The notes beneath the pieces were generated by a model. The model saw only the letters and a program-made list of their open reading frames with translations. It did no database searches and had not been told where the DNA came from. A stretch of 64,000 bases of DNA from Oxalobacter formigenes (GTDB lineage: Bacteria; Pseudomonadota; Gammaproteobacteria; Burkholderiales; Burkholderiaceae_D): NCBI GenBank assembly GCA_023667225.1, contig JAMPAN010000001.1, forward strand, positions 728,365 to 792,364, written 5' to 3'. Shown here one piece after another: positions 1 through 11,200 of the stretch. The translations under genes were made by a program, and so were the position numbers. Every line of letters starts with the position of its first letter. Positions within the stretch are counted from its first letter, which is position 1.

Positions 1-114
1 GGCCGCGCCAACAAGGTAGGCATTCTCGGTCTTGGCAAGATTGCCCGCAATACGAATACGGTTTAGCGCCTTTTCTTTTTTATCCAGGTGAACCAGTATG
101 GTTTTGTACCCCAT
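1..114 (-). CDS. Universal stress protein (UspA) family, 5' end only; the gene runs off the window start
   Basis: Reverse complement of 1-114 reads ATG(112-114)-GGYKTILVHLDKKEKALNRIRIAGNLAKTENAYLVGAA, a UspA-like N-terminus. AGGAGG RBS at 121-126. Located directly downstream of lysC. Confidence 0.35.
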   Translation of the reverse strand, partial: MGYKTILVHLDKKEKALNRIRIAGNLAKTENAYLVGAA

Positions 115-137
115 CGTTTCCTCCTGCCGTCACAAAT

Positions 138-1415
138 TCACACTTTGTCCAGATTAAACGCCTTGTGCAGCGTCCGAACAGCCAGCTCCATATATTTTTC
201 ATCAATCAGAATAGATATCTTGATCTCCGAAGTGGATATCATGAGGATATTGATACCCTCCTGGTAAAGCGTCTCAAACATCCGGGAAGCCACGCCCACA
301 TGGCTGCGCATCCCGACGCCGATGGCAGAAACCTTGGATACCTGGTTATCCCCGACAATATCCCTTGCGCCAATTTCCGCCTTGACCCGGGTATTAAGCA
401 CTTCTATGGCACGGTCATAATCCGCCCGCTGCACAGTAAACGTGAAATCGGTCACCCCGGCAACCGACTGGTTCTGGATAATCATATCCACTTCGATATT
501 GGCCTCGGCAATAGGGCCCAAAATCTTGAAAGCAATCCCCGGCCTGTCCGGCACGCCAATTACCATAATCTTGGCTTCACTGCGGCTAAAGGCAATTCCT
601 GAAATAACCGTCTGTTCCATCTTTGCGTCTTCCTCAAATGTAATCAGTGTGCCGGAACGGGCCTCTTCTTCCAGCGGCATAAGCGGGTCTGTCAGCGACG
701 AAAGCACGCGGGTCGGCACATGGTAATTGCCTGAAAACTCCACAGAGCGCGTCTGCAACACCTTCGACCCCAGTGAAGCCATTTCCAGCATTTCCTCAAA
801 AGTAATTTTCTGTAGACGCCTCGCCCCGGAAACCACGCGCGGATCAGTGGTATAAACCCCGTCCACATCGGTATAGATAAGGCATTCGTCCGCCTTCATG
901 GCGGCGGCAATGGCAACGGCAGACGTATCGGAGCCGCCGCGGCCAAGCGTCGTAATATCCCCTTTTTCGTCAATGCCCTGGAATCCGGCAATAATGGCAA
1001 TCTTCCCCTGGTCAAGTTCAGCCGTCACCCGCTTGCCGTCAATCGAATGGATACGCGCCTTCGTATGGGCAGAATCCGTCAGCACCGGCACCTGCCAGCC
1101 GGTAAAGGAAACCGCCTGCTTGCCCAGCGCCATCAATGCCAGGGAAAGCAAGCCGATAGAAACCTGCTCCCCCGTGGAAGTAATCATATCCAGCTCGCGC
1201 TGATCCGGCTGAGGCATCATTTCCTGTGCCAGGGCAATCAAACGGTTGGTTTCTCCCGCCATGGCGGAAGGCACAACAATAATGCGGTGGCCGGCATCAT
1301 GCCATTTGGCCACCCGCCGGGCAACATTTTTAATCCGCTCGACAGAACCCATCGAGGTACCGCCGTATTTATGAACAATCAATCCCATTTTTTCCGATTC
1401 CGGCAATTCACGCAA
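138..1415 (-). CDS. lysC: Aspartate kinase (aspartokinase)
   Basis: 425-aa ORF with the motif KYGGTSMGSVERIKNVARRV and C-terminal ACT-like repeats; full-length aspartokinase. The true start is probably the ATG at 1388 (MGLIVHKYGG). Confidence 0.9.
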   Translation of the reverse strand: MRELPESEKMGLIVHKYGGTSMGSVERIKNVARRVAKWHDAGHRIIVVPSAMAGETNRLIALAQEMMPQPDQRELDMITSTGEQVSIGLLSLALMALGKQAVSFTGWQVPVLTDSAHTKARIHSIDGKRVTAELDQGKIAIIAGFQGIDEKGDITTLGRGGSDTSAVAIAAAMKADECLIYTDVDGVYTTDPRVVSGARRLQKITFEEMLEMASLGSKVLQTRSVEFSGNYHVPTRVLSSLTDPLMPLEEEARSGTLITFEEDAKMEQTVISGIAFSRSEAKIMVIGVPDRPGIAFKILGPIAEANIEVDMIIQNQSVAGVTDFTFTVQRADYDRAIEVLNTRVKAEIGARDIVGDNQVSKVSAIGVGMRSHVGVASRMFETLYQEGINILMISTSEIKISILIDEKYMELAVRTLHKAFNLDKV

Positions 1416-1447
1416 AAATATCAGCTTGCATGAAACTTTACCCTGCC

Positions 1448-2893
1448 TTACCCAATTTCACAAGAAAAAAGCCGGAACACCCCGTCCCTGCCCGCCGGCA
1501 GCCAGCCGATCCGGACGCGTCCCTCCCCTTTGCCGGCACAGGCCGCCGCCATCCCGATACCGGCGGCAAAAAGCAGAGCCTCGCCGGCATACAACAGGGG
1601 CAGCCGTTCCCGCTCCCAGGGCGGTACGCCTTTTTCCTGATAATGCGCCTTGAGCAGCCTGGCCGGTCTTCCTGCATGGTTCTTGAACAGCGCTTTTCCA
1701 TGATAAGCTGCGGCATAAAGCGGCTGCGACAAAAGCCATCCGGCATCCACACCTTCCCCGGCCGGTTCAAAAACAAAAGCTCCGCCAAACGGCGGCAGGC
1801 AAATAGATGATTCGCCCCGCCAAACCACCGGCAAACGATAAGCCGGCGGCAGCGGCGTCCGGCGCGCCTTTTCCTGAAAAACCAGCATGAAACGCTGCCG
1901 GTAACGGCGAATAACCGCGCCTTCCAGCTCCAGCCTTACCTGTGCATCCTGCCGGGCATCCAAGAGCTGGCGGCGCGCTTCTGCCAGCCAGGCAACCGAA
2001 GGCATACGCACCCCGTGCAAACGCAGCCAGAAACGAAACAGGTTATTGAACCGGTCCCCATCCAGCGCCGCCACACGCCCGACATCCAGCCCGCCGCCAT
2101 CACGGCAGGCCCGGTAATCCGCCTCTGCCATCGAAGCCAGCAGCCGTTCTGCCGCCTGCATATGGCCGGCGCTGCGCGACAGGCGGTGAGCCGCCCCCGG
2201 AAACAGCCGCGCCAAAACCGGCATCACCTGCCGCCTTAACGCATTTCTCGCATAGCGCGAATCCTGGTTGGAATCATCTTCCACCCACGCAAGCTGCTGC
2301 GCCGCCGCCCAGCGCGCAATCGCCTGTCCTGAAACAGAAAGCAGCGGACGAAGCAAAAGCAAAGCGCTCCCGTCTGGCTCGCCGGGAACCGGGCCAAGCA
2401 CTTCCATGCCGGAAAGACCGGCAGTACCGCTGCCCCGTAACAGCTGCATCAAAACCGTTTCAGCCTGGTCATCCTCATGATGCGCCGTCAACAGCAAATT
2501 CACGCCGTGGCGGCGGCACAACTCCGCCAGGGCGGCATAACGCGCGCTGCGTGCGGCAGCTTCAATCCCGTCTCCTGATTCCTGCAATGCCACCCGGCAG
2601 GCATCAAAATCAACGCCAAGTGCAGCGCAAATCCGGCGGCAATGAGCCAGCCAGGCATCAGCCTCCCGGTTCAAGCCATGATGAATATGAAAGGCTGCCA
2701 GCCGCCAGCCTTTTTTTTTGGCATAGGCCTGTGCCAGGTGTAACAAAACCGTGGAATCCCGCCCGCCCGAATAGGCAACCGCCAGAGCCGTGCGCCCGTC
2801 TTTTGGCGGGCCGTCAACAAAAAGGCGTGCCAAAGCCCGCTCCAGCACGCGTTCAAATCCGGGAAAAGGAACAGCTCCTTCCTGCCCGTTCAC
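1448..2893 (-). CDS. tilS: tRNA(Ile)-lysidine synthetase
   Basis: PP-loop motif SGGRDSTVLLH near the N-terminus. 481 aa. GTG start. Directly downstream of accA, as is typical. Confidence 0.85.
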   Translation of the reverse strand: MNGQEGAVPFPGFERVLERALARLFVDGPPKDGRTALAVAYSGGRDSTVLLHLAQAYAKKKGWRLAAFHIHHGLNREADAWLAHCRRICAALGVDFDACRVALQESGDGIEAAARSARYAALAELCRRHGVNLLLTAHHEDDQAETVLMQLLRGSGTAGLSGMEVLGPVPGEPDGSALLLLRPLLSVSGQAIARWAAAQQLAWVEDDSNQDSRYARNALRRQVMPVLARLFPGAAHRLSRSAGHMQAAERLLASMAEADYRACRDGGGLDVGRVAALDGDRFNNLFRFWLRLHGVRMPSVAWLAEARRQLLDARQDAQVRLELEGAVIRRYRQRFMLVFQEKARRTPLPPAYRLPVVWRGESSICLPPFGGAFVFEPAGEGVDAGWLLSQPLYAAAYHGKALFKNHAGRPARLLKAHYQEKGVPPWERERLPLLYAGEALLFAAGIGMAAACAGKGEGRVRIGWLPAGRDGVFRLFSCEIG

Positions 2894-2896
2894 AGC

Positions 2897-3871
2897 CTAC
2901 TCCGAAGGCGTCACATCCTTGAATTCGCCGTAATTAAGCCACTTTTTGTAACGGGCATCCAGTAGATCCCTGACAGAAACGCCCTTGAACTGGCGCAGAG
3001 CATCTGCCAGCGCCCGCCTGAGCAATGCCGTCATCTGCTTCGGATCGCGGTGCGCGCCGCCCAGCGGTTCATTGATAATACGGTCAACCAGCCCCATGCC
3101 TTTAAGCCGGTGCGCCGTCAGGCCAAGCGCCTCTGCCGCCTCATTAGCCCGCTCCGCCGTCTTCCAGAGAATGGAAGCGCAGCCTTCCGGGGAAATAACA
3201 GAATAAACCGAATACTGGAGCATCAGCACCGTATCGGCAACCGCAATCGCCAATGCGCCTCCGGAGCCGCCTTCTCCAATAATCGTTGCAATCACCGGCA
3301 CCTTTAACTTGGCCATCTCAAACAAGTTGCGCCCAATCGCCTCGGACTGGCCGCGCTCTTCCGCATCAATGCCGGGAAAGGCTCCCGGCGTATCAACAAA
3401 CGTAAAAACCGGCAGACTGAATTTTTCCGCCATCCGCATCAGCCGTAACGCCTTGCGGTAACCTTCCGGGCGCGGCATACCGAAATTGCGGTAACCGCGT
3501 TCTTTGGTATCGCGCCCCTTCTGGTGGCCAATCACCACGCAGCCCTGCCCGTTAAAGCGTGCCAGCCCGCCGACAATAGCGGGGTCATCCCCGAAAGTCC
3601 TGTCGCCGTGCAGCTCGTGAAAATCGGTAAAAATTCCGCCGATATAATCCAGCGTATAGGGACGTTGCGGATGGCGGGCAATCTGCGAAACCTGCCAGGG
3701 AGTCAGCCTGCTGTAAATATCCTTCGTCAGCTGCTGGCTCTTCTTTGCCAGGCGGGCAATCTCTTCCGAAATATCTACTGCCGAATCGTCCTGCACAAAA
3801 CGCAGTTCCTCAATCTTGGCATCCAGCTCCGCAATCGGCTGCTCAAAGCTCAGAAATGTCGTTTTACCCAC
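2897..3871 (-). CDS. accA: Acetyl-CoA carboxylase carboxyltransferase alpha subunit
   Basis: [25 protein letters not shown]... matches the AccA N-terminus and the carboxyltransferase domain. 324 aa. Confidence 0.9.
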   Translation of the reverse strand: MGKTTFLSFEQPIAELDAKIEELRFVQDDSAVDISEEIARLAKKSQQLTKDIYSRLTPWQVSQIARHPQRPYTLDYIGGIFTDFHELHGDRTFGDDPAIVGGLARFNGQGCVVIGHQKGRDTKERGYRNFGMPRPEGYRKALRLMRMAEKFSLPVFTFVDTPGAFPGIDAEERGQSEAIGRNLFEMAKLKVPVIATIIGEGGSGGALAIAVADTVLMLQYSVYSVISPEGCASILWKTAERANEAAEALGLTAHRLKGMGLVDRIINEPLGGAHRDPKQMTALLRRALADALRQFKGVSVRDLLDARYKKWLNYGEFKDVTPSE

Positions 3872-4024
3872 TGCCGCTCCTTCTTGGGGCCGGTTCAGCC
3901 GGCAAGGCGAGCCTGCGCCTGCCGGGCTGCCATGCCCGATAACCTATGCCCCGGCATTGTAATGACTAATCGCCTGCCGGTCAAAGCCTGCCATAAGGGA
4001 ATGCCCGTATAAAAAATGTTACGG

Positions 4025-4681
4025 CTAATATTCCACCGGAACAGCCGTCAGGCTGCGCCAGAGATACCATGTCGCCACCGTACGCCAGGGACGCCATGCC
4101 TGGGCAAGCTCGCGCGCCCTGTTCCGGTCTGGCGATTCCCCGGCAAAATAGGCATTGCCCATTCCCCTGATCAATCCGGCATCGTCTAACGGCAACACAT
4201 CGGGACGGCGAAGATTGAAAATCAGGAACATTTCCGCCGTCCAGCAGCCAATCCCCTTAACCTGCGACAAATCCGCAATAACAGCCTCATCGTCCATTGT
4301 CTCCCACTTTTCGGGATTCACCGTTTTATCCCTGAAACAACCGGCAAGATCCCGGACATATTCTGCCTTTCGCCGGGAAAACCCGCAGGCCTGAAAACGT
4401 GCGCCGTCTATCCGGATAACCGCCTCCGGCGAGCAAACCGGGCACATCCCCCTGAAACGCTGCCAGATAGTCTCGGCAGCCTTGACAGAAAGCTGTTGTC
4501 CCACAATGGCGCGAACCAGCGTCCCGAAAGGATCGCCCCGCCGGGCCGGATAACTCCTGCCAGCCTGGGCAATCAGGCGGCGCATAACCGCATCTCTCGC
4601 CGCCAACGCCGTTTCCGCCTCCTGCCAATAAGGCGGTTCCGGCAAGGCGCTTTCGCGCATTTCGCTCACGCGCGCCGCCAC
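4025..4681 (-). CDS. HhH-GPD family DNA-3-methyladenine glycosylase II (AlkA-like, short form)
   Basis: Helix-hairpin-helix/GPD region ([13 protein letters not shown], catalytic D in LPLDD). 218 aa. Alternative ATG start at 4660. Confidence 0.7.
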   Translation of the reverse strand: MAARVSEMRESALPEPPYWQEAETALAARDAVMRRLIAQAGRSYPARRGDPFGTLVRAIVGQQLSVKAAETIWQRFRGMCPVCSPEAVIRIDGARFQACGFSRRKAEYVRDLAGCFRDKTVNPEKWETMDDEAVIADLSQVKGIGCWTAEMFLIFNLRRPDVLPLDDAGLIRGMGNAYFAGESPDRNRARELAQAWRPWRTVATWYLWRSLTAVPVEY

Positions 4682-6048
4682 TCAGTCACGCCGCCCGGCC
4701 TGTCCTCCAGCACAATCCCTTCTGCCAACAAGGCATCCCTGATCCGGTCGGCCTCGGCAAAATTTTTGGCCGCCTTGGCAGCTGCCCTGGCTGCAATCTG
4801 TTTTTTAACCGCATCTTCGTCAACAGCTTCCCTTCCCTGGAGAAACGCCCTGGGATCCCGCTGGAGCAGGCCGAGAACGCCGGACAGCGCCTTTAACTGC
4901 CTTGCCTTGTCAACCGAACCGGAACGGTTCACCTCATTGGCCAGGTCAAACAGCGCCGCCACCGCCACCGGCGTATTGAAATCCTCGTCCATGGCCGCCG
5001 CAAACCGGCGCGCATGGCTTTCCTCCCAATCCACCGCCGCAGCATCGTCAACCGGCATATCCTTCAACGCGGTATAAAGGCGTGTCAGCCCGGCACGCGC
5101 GTCATCCAGATGCGCATCGGAATAATTCAGCGGGCTGCGGTAATGCGTGCGGATCACAAAAAACCGCAGCACTTCCGGATCATATTTTTCCAGCACCTCC
5201 CGGATAGTGAAAAAATTGCCAAGCGACTTGGACATTTTTTCATCATCCACCCGCACAAAACCATTATGCATCCAGTAATTGACAAAAGTATGGCCGGTTA
5301 CCCCCTCCGACTGGGCAATCTCGTTTTCATGGTGCGGGAACTGGAGATCCGCCCCGCCGCCATGGATATCAAAATGCGGCCCCAAAAGCTTTGAAGACAT
5401 GGCGGAACATTCAATATGCCAGCCAGGACGGCCTGGTCCCCATTGGGAATCCCAGCGCGCCTCTGGCGGTTCGCCCGCCTTGGCCGCTTTCCACAGCACA
5501 AAATCCAGCGGATCCCGCTTGTCCGCATTCACATCCACCCGTTCGCCTGCCCTCAAATCATCCAGCGAACGGTTGGAAAGTTTGCCGTAATCCCGGAAAT
5601 CCCGGACAGAATAATTGACATCTCCCTCATCAGAGCGGTAAGCCAGCCCCTTTTGCTCCAGCTTCCCGATAATTTCCAGCATCTGCGGCACATATTCGGT
5701 TGCCCGTGGTTCATGGTCGGGCGGCAAAATACCCAGCGCCGCCACATCTTCATGCATAAACCGGATAAAACGGGCCGTCAAATCCCGCATGGATTCCCCG
5801 TTTTCCGCCGCCCGCGCGATAATCTTGTCGTCAATATCAGTAATATTGCGGACATAAGTCACCTCGTACCCGCTTGCTTTCAGCCACCGGTAAACAATAT
5901 CAAACGCCAGCATCATCCGGGCATGGCCGATATGGCAAAAATCATAAACCGTCATGCCGCAGACATACATGCGTACCTTGCCTGGCTCAATGGATTGAAA
6001 AGCCTCAATACGGCGCGTCATGGAATTGTAGATTTGCAGATTGCCCAT
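4666..6048 (-). CDS. cysS: Cysteinyl-tRNA synthetase
   Basis: HIGH motif (CHIGHARMM) and KMSKS motif (KMSKSLGN). The ATG at 6048 gives [10 protein letters not shown], which aligns with the E. coli CysS N-terminus. The ORF track extends to 6072. Confidence 0.9.
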   Translation of the reverse strand: MGNLQIYNSMTRRIEAFQSIEPGKVRMYVCGMTVYDFCHIGHARMMLAFDIVYRWLKASGYEVTYVRNITDIDDKIIARAAENGESMRDLTARFIRFMHEDVAALGILPPDHEPRATEYVPQMLEIIGKLEQKGLAYRSDEGDVNYSVRDFRDYGKLSNRSLDDLRAGERVDVNADKRDPLDFVLWKAAKAGEPPEARWDSQWGPGRPGWHIECSAMSSKLLGPHFDIHGGGADLQFPHHENEIAQSEGVTGHTFVNYWMHNGFVRVDDEKMSKSLGNFFTIREVLEKYDPEVLRFFVIRTHYRSPLNYSDAHLDDARAGLTRLYTALKDMPVDDAAAVDWEESHARRFAAAMDEDFNTPVAVAALFDLANEVNRSGSVDKARQLKALSGVLGLLQRDPRAFLQGREAVDEDAVKKQIAARAAAKAAKNFAEADRIRDALLAEGIVLEDRPGGVTEWRRA

Positions 6049-6296
6049 GTATTTGTCTCGTGATATCGCCAAACAACAAAAATAAGCCTATTGTACTTCG
6101 CTGCGGCAGCAAAAGGATAGTGCCGGCCCGGCTTTGGCCCGCACTGTGTCCGGAGCAAAAATCCGGCTGTTTTGCTGCGGGAATTTGTTAAAATGAAAAA
6201 ATTGGCAAACGGGCAGCAGCACCGGCAAAATCCCTGCAGCCCCTCAATGCCTGATAACACTGACAGAACAGACCTTTTTTATCACAAGGAAACAGC

Positions 6297-6788
6297 ATGG
6301 CCGTCATCTTTCACACCAACCACGGTGATATCAAAATCGACCTCTATCCCGACCGGGCGCCCAAAACCGTCGAAAACTTCCTGAACTATGTCCGTTCAGG
6401 CCACTATGACGGCACCATTTTCCACCGCGTCATCAACGATTTCATGATTCAGGGCGGCGGTTTTGAACCAGGCATGAAACAAAAACCCACCAATGCCCCG
6501 ATTGAAAACGAAGCGGATAACGGCCTCCAGAATACCCGCTACTCCATTGCCATGGCCAGAACTTCCGACCCGCATTCGGCCACGGCGCAATTTTTCATTA
6601 ACGTCAACGATAACTATTTCCTTGATTTCCCGGGGCAGGATGGCTGGGGCTACGCTGTTTTCGGCGATGTGGTAGAAGGCCAGGAAGTCGTCAACGCCAT
6701 CAAGCAGGTTGCCACCGGCCGAAGCGGCATGCACGGGGATGTTCCCAAAGAAGACGTCATCATCGAAAAAGCGGAAGAAGTGGAATAA
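6297..6788 (+). CDS. ppiB: Peptidyl-prolyl cis-trans isomerase B (cyclophilin type)
   Basis: 163 aa with cyclophilin motifs [14 protein letters not shown] and FFINV. Confidence 0.85.
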   Translation: MAVIFHTNHGDIKIDLYPDRAPKTVENFLNYVRSGHYDGTIFHRVINDFMIQGGGFEPGMKQKPTNAPIENEADNGLQNTRYSIAMARTSDPHSATAQFFINVNDNYFLDFPGQDGWGYAVFGDVVEGQEVVNAIKQVATGRSGMHGDVPKEDVIIEKAEEVE

Positions 6789-6792
6789 AACC

Positions 6793-7557
6793 ATGCAAAC
6801 CGGCAAAACAGCTTCCTCACCGAAAAGCCAGGCCCTTTTCATCTCGGATTTGCACCTGGCCGAGTCCCTTCCTGCAACAACCGGAGCGTTTCTTGATTTT
6901 CTCTCCCGCAAGGCAAGGCAATCAGAGCGGCTTTTCATTCTGGGAGACCTGTTTGAATACTGGGCCGGCGATGATGATATCGGTCATCCTTTCAACCAGC
7001 GCATCCTCCGTGCCATCAAGGAACTATCCCTTGCGGGCACGGCGGTCTTCTGGCAGCCGGGCAACCGCGATTTCCTGACAGGCGAACGCTTCCTCCGGGA
7101 AACCGGCGCAACCGGCCTGCCGGATCTGCACACGGCGGAAATGGGCAGCCTGAAAGTGGCCGTGGCGCACGGCGACGCCCAGTGTCTTGGCGATACAGAT
7201 TACCTTGCCTTCCGCGCCATGGTGCGCAACCCGCGATGGCAGCAGCAATTCCTTTCCATGCCACTGGAACAGCGCAAGCTCATGATCGAAAAATTCCGGA
7301 AAGACAGTGTCAAGGAAAACGCCGGCAAACCCGAATCCACCTGGGATGTCACGCCGTCAGCCATTGACGAAGTCTTCAGCCAGACCGGCGCAGCCGTCTT
7401 CATCCACGGACATATTCACCGCCAGGGCAAACACCTCCACGGTTCACAGGTACGCTATGTCCTGCCGGACTGGGAACTGGATCAGGCAGAAAAAAGGGGC
7501 GGCTGGCTGGAACTGGCAGCAGACGGCCAGTTCAGGGCATACCCCGTCAGCCGGTAG
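6793..7557 (+). CDS. lpxH: UDP-2,3-diacylglucosamine hydrolase
   Basis: Calcineurin-like phosphoesterase motifs (FISDLHL, GDLFEYW, GNRD, GHIH). Start moved to the ATG at 6793, immediately after the ppiB stop; the 6709 start overlaps ppiB. ppiB-lpxH synteny. Confidence 0.8.
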   Translation: MQTGKTASSPKSQALFISDLHLAESLPATTGAFLDFLSRKARQSERLFILGDLFEYWAGDDDIGHPFNQRILRAIKELSLAGTAVFWQPGNRDFLTGERFLRETGATGLPDLHTAEMGSLKVAVAHGDAQCLGDTDYLAFRAMVRNPRWQQQFLSMPLEQRKLMIEKFRKDSVKENAGKPESTWDVTPSAIDEVFSQTGAAVFIHGHIHRQGKHLHGSQVRYVLPDWELDQAEKRGGWLELAADGQFRAYPVSR

Positions 7558-7619
7558 GCAAAAAATCACCTGATGCCTTGCCGGGAACTTTGCCCGGAAA
7601 GGCATACAGGCTCCGTGCC

Positions 7620-8189
7620 ATGAATGCACCCTTCATTGATTTTTCGCAGGATGCCCATCTCGTTGCCCGGCAGCTCATCGGCGCAACCTTTCTGATAGAC
7701 GGCACAGGCGGCGTCATTGTCGAAACCGAAGCCTACGACCAGAAAGAACCGGCCTCGCACAGCTACGGCGGCCCAACGCCCCGAAACCGCGCCATGTTCG
7801 GCGAACCGGCCCACCTCTACGTTTACCGTTCCTACGGCATACACTGGTGTGTTAATTTCACCTGCCGCGAACCAGGCCACGGAGCAGCTGTACTCATCCG
7901 CGCCATTGAACCCAAAGCAGGAATTGCCGTCATGGAAAAGCGGCGGCATACCAGCAATTCCCGCCTGCTGTGCGCCGGGCCGGGCCGGCTTTGCCAGGCC
8001 CTGGGCATCACCCGCGAACTGGACAGCTATCCCCTCCGTTCGCCCCGCTGCACCCTTTTACCGGCAGCCTCGCCCGTTCAGGTTGTCACCGGTGAAAGAA
8101 TCGGCATTTCCAAAGCCGTCAATCTCCCCTGGCGTTTTGGCCTGGCCGGCTCGGCCTATCTCAGCCGCCCGTTCAGAAAACCGGCATAA
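7620..8189 (+). CDS. mpg: DNA-3-methyladenine glycosylase, Mpg/AAG family
   Basis: VETEAYDQKEPASHSY...LYVYRSYGIHWCVNF is typical of the methylpurine glycosylase family. Start uncertain: 7578 or 7620. Confidence 0.7.
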   Translation: MNAPFIDFSQDAHLVARQLIGATFLIDGTGGVIVETEAYDQKEPASHSYGGPTPRNRAMFGEPAHLYVYRSYGIHWCVNFTCREPGHGAAVLIRAIEPKAGIAVMEKRRHTSNSRLLCAGPGRLCQALGITRELDSYPLRSPRCTLLPAASPVQVVTGERIGISKAVNLPWRFGLAGSAYLSRPFRKPA

Positions 8190-8216
8190 CCCCTCCCCTG
8201 CCGGATTTTTCCCGGC

Positions 8217-11200
8217 CTAATGCAGGGAAAAATCCGCCCGCGCACCGTCTCCGCCATCCCGGCGCCTGCTGGCATGGATGAAAATACGCGCATCGGGAAT
8301 GCCTCCCTGCTCAATCAGCCACGCCTTCGCCACGGCTGCCCGCCTGTCAGCCAGCCGCAGGAACGCCTCCTCCTGTACCGGATAATGCTTGACAAGCAGT
8401 TTTTCCATCTCGGCAACCGGCAGCGACTTTTGAAACCCGATCAGATTGCGCGGCTTTTTGAAATCTGCCTCGCTGTAAACCGCCTTAAGCAGCTTCGCAT
8501 ATTCTTCTGTGCTGACAGTGACTTCGCTCAAACGCCTATTTTCACCCGCCTGCCCCATCTCCCTGCGTTTCTGTTCGCGCACCTTCCGGTCTATCGACAC
8601 CCTGGCCAGGCCTTCCCTGTCAATCTCCGGGTCATAACACCCCGTCACTTCAAGCTTCAGTCCCGGCCGGTTCTTCAGCGCTTTGGAAAGAGTTTCCAGT
8701 TTTTCCTTCTCTTTTTCCGTCACCTCTGCATAGCCTGGCGCAAATGCTATCCAGGAAAGTTCTTCCCCGCCACCAAAGGCTGAAGCAAGCAGGGAAAAAG
8801 GCGCCGTCACCGCTTTTTTCAGCAAATTGACCACCACGCGGAAAACAATACCGCCAACGGAAAAATCCGGATCGCTCAATGAACCTGAAACCGGCAGATT
8901 CACATCAATCACCCCGTCCCCGTCTTTCAACAAATTGACAGCCAGCTCAACCGGCAGGCCGATAACCGGATCACCCTCGCTTTTCGGGCCAAAAGTCAAT
9001 TGATCCAGGACAAGGCGGTTTTCCGCACTCAACTCCCCGTTTTCTACCTTGTACTGCACATCAAAAGAAAGCTTGCCCTTTTCAATGCCGTGGCCGACAT
9101 ACTTGCTGGTATAAGAGCTGAACTGCGCCAGCTCCATCCCTTTGACCGCCCCTTTCAAGTCCAGGGACAACGCCGGATTAAACGGATTCACGCTCCCCGT
9201 TACCGTCAGGGGTGCGCGATTAACCTGTCCCTTTATGCTCACCGCTGCCGCGCTCCGGCTGTCGCTGGAAATCCGGCTGATAACGCCCTGAACCCGGTCC
9301 ATATCGGCCGTATAGTTCGGCTTGATAAAATTGTCGGTAAAACGGATGCGGCCGTGATTTAACCGGAAACGGTCAATCCGGATTGGCGGCAGCCCTGCCT
9401 CCGGCTGCGGCGCGGCCGCCAAAACCGCCTCCCCCTGTTCTGGCCTTTCCTGCGGCGGCAAAACCGTTTTTCCCTCAGAAGCATCTGCCAATGAAACAGC
9501 GGTAACGCCCGCTTCTTCTGCCGTTTCAACAGGCGCTTCGCTGTCAGTCAGGCTTTTTTTGCCGCCAGCCTCGCTTCGCAGAATATTTTGCACATTCAAA
9601 CGACCGTCTGCCCCCAGTATCAGGCGGGCAAAAAACTGGTCAAGATCAGCCTGCCGGGCCGTCAGGGAAAATGGAGAAAACTGCACATGCATTTGTCTTA
9701 AGGCAAAGGTTTTCCAGCGGACAAACGAATCGCCCCGGATCTGGTCAAGCGTCACCAGATTATCCAGGCTCACATCCCCCTTGTATTCGCCCCGAAACGC
9801 CCCCTTCTTCCCGGCCGAAAGCGACAGATGCCCTTTTGTAGAAACATCCGCCTGGCGAAGAGTCAGGTTCACCCGGGTATCAATATACTGCTGAAGCGCC
9901 ACCAGGCTGACATGCTGCAAATCCACATCCAGATCGGCAAAAAGAGGGGCTGCGCCAAACCGGCCTTCTACCCGCACAGCCCCTTTCTTCTCGACATTTG
10001 CCATCACCTTGAGTGCGCTTATCTGGCCCGGCTCGGTCGAAATATCCCGGATATGGGCAGTTAACCCTGTGAAACTGCCGCCCATCGGCTGCTTCAGGTT
10101 CCTGTTTTGCATATGCACAGACCAGCCGCCAATATCAATTTCACCGATATGCACGCCAAAGCCAGGCTCGCCGGAAGCCGCCGCCTGCCGGGAAAACACC
10201 GGCGCATGACCGCGCTGTTGCCGTTTTTCCAGCGCCATTTCCAGCACCGCATGGTCGGAGGCAATCCTGCCGATACGAACAGATTGCCCACCGATATCCA
10301 CCGCCGTCTCATCCACAACAAGATTCAAACCATTTGCCATGACGGTACAGGGCATCCCGGCCGCATAGTCAGTATAGCGAAGCCTCCCGTCTTTCACGGC
10401 AAATTGCCCGACAGCCAGCTTCATTGGCGTCTTGTCCTGCGCTTCCTTTCCTGCATCCGGCTTTCTCTGCCCGGCTGTTTTTTTAGTCTCCGGTGCCAAT
10501 GCCAGCAAATTCAGCACACCCGAAGCACTGTTTTCGGCATAGACCTCCGGGCGAACCAGCGTTATCTGACCAAGCCGGAAATCCCCGGCAAAAATCGCGC
10601 TCTTTTCCAGCGTAACGGCCAGTTTATCCAGCATCAGCATCGGCTTCTTCGCCAAGTCGGTCAGCCGCAGGCCATCCAGTTCAACCGCACCGCTCACATC
10701 CAGCTCCGGCAGCCGTCCCTCATGCTGGATAAAATGCAGCTTCAAATCAAAACTGAGGTTGCCTCCGGCAAGATGAAAAGCCGGCTTGTATGGCAAATAA
10801 GCCACATATTGCGGCAGAGCAATATCTTTCAGCGCCAGGTCAAACACCGTCTCCTTGTCTTCCGCAAAAGGCCGGGTCTTGCCCGACAATTCCATCCGTG
10901 TGCCGTTTATCTGCGCGCTCAGGTATGGCTCGATAAAAGTCTCGACACGGGAAGGGCTGGAAGAAACAGCAGGAATACGGATGCGGATATCCTCTATGCG
11001 ATGCTGCGCCTTCATGGGATGGTCATCAAAAACAATCACGCCGCCATCCACCTGGATATTGTTGACCGAATAGGAAAGCGGCCTGCTGTCCGGTTCGGCA
11101 GGCTGCATGGCCATATCAATCAAATCGCTGATATTGTAGGCATAGCCCGTGGTACGCGAAAGATGGATATAAGGATTCACCAGTTCCACCTCCCGGATAA

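Noticed and set aside
1416-1447. Lysine riboswitch or long leader upstream of lysC.
   Set aside because: Only about 30 bp separate lysC from the tilS stop, which leaves no room for an L-box. lysC is probably co-transcribed with tilS-accA or uses an internal promoter.
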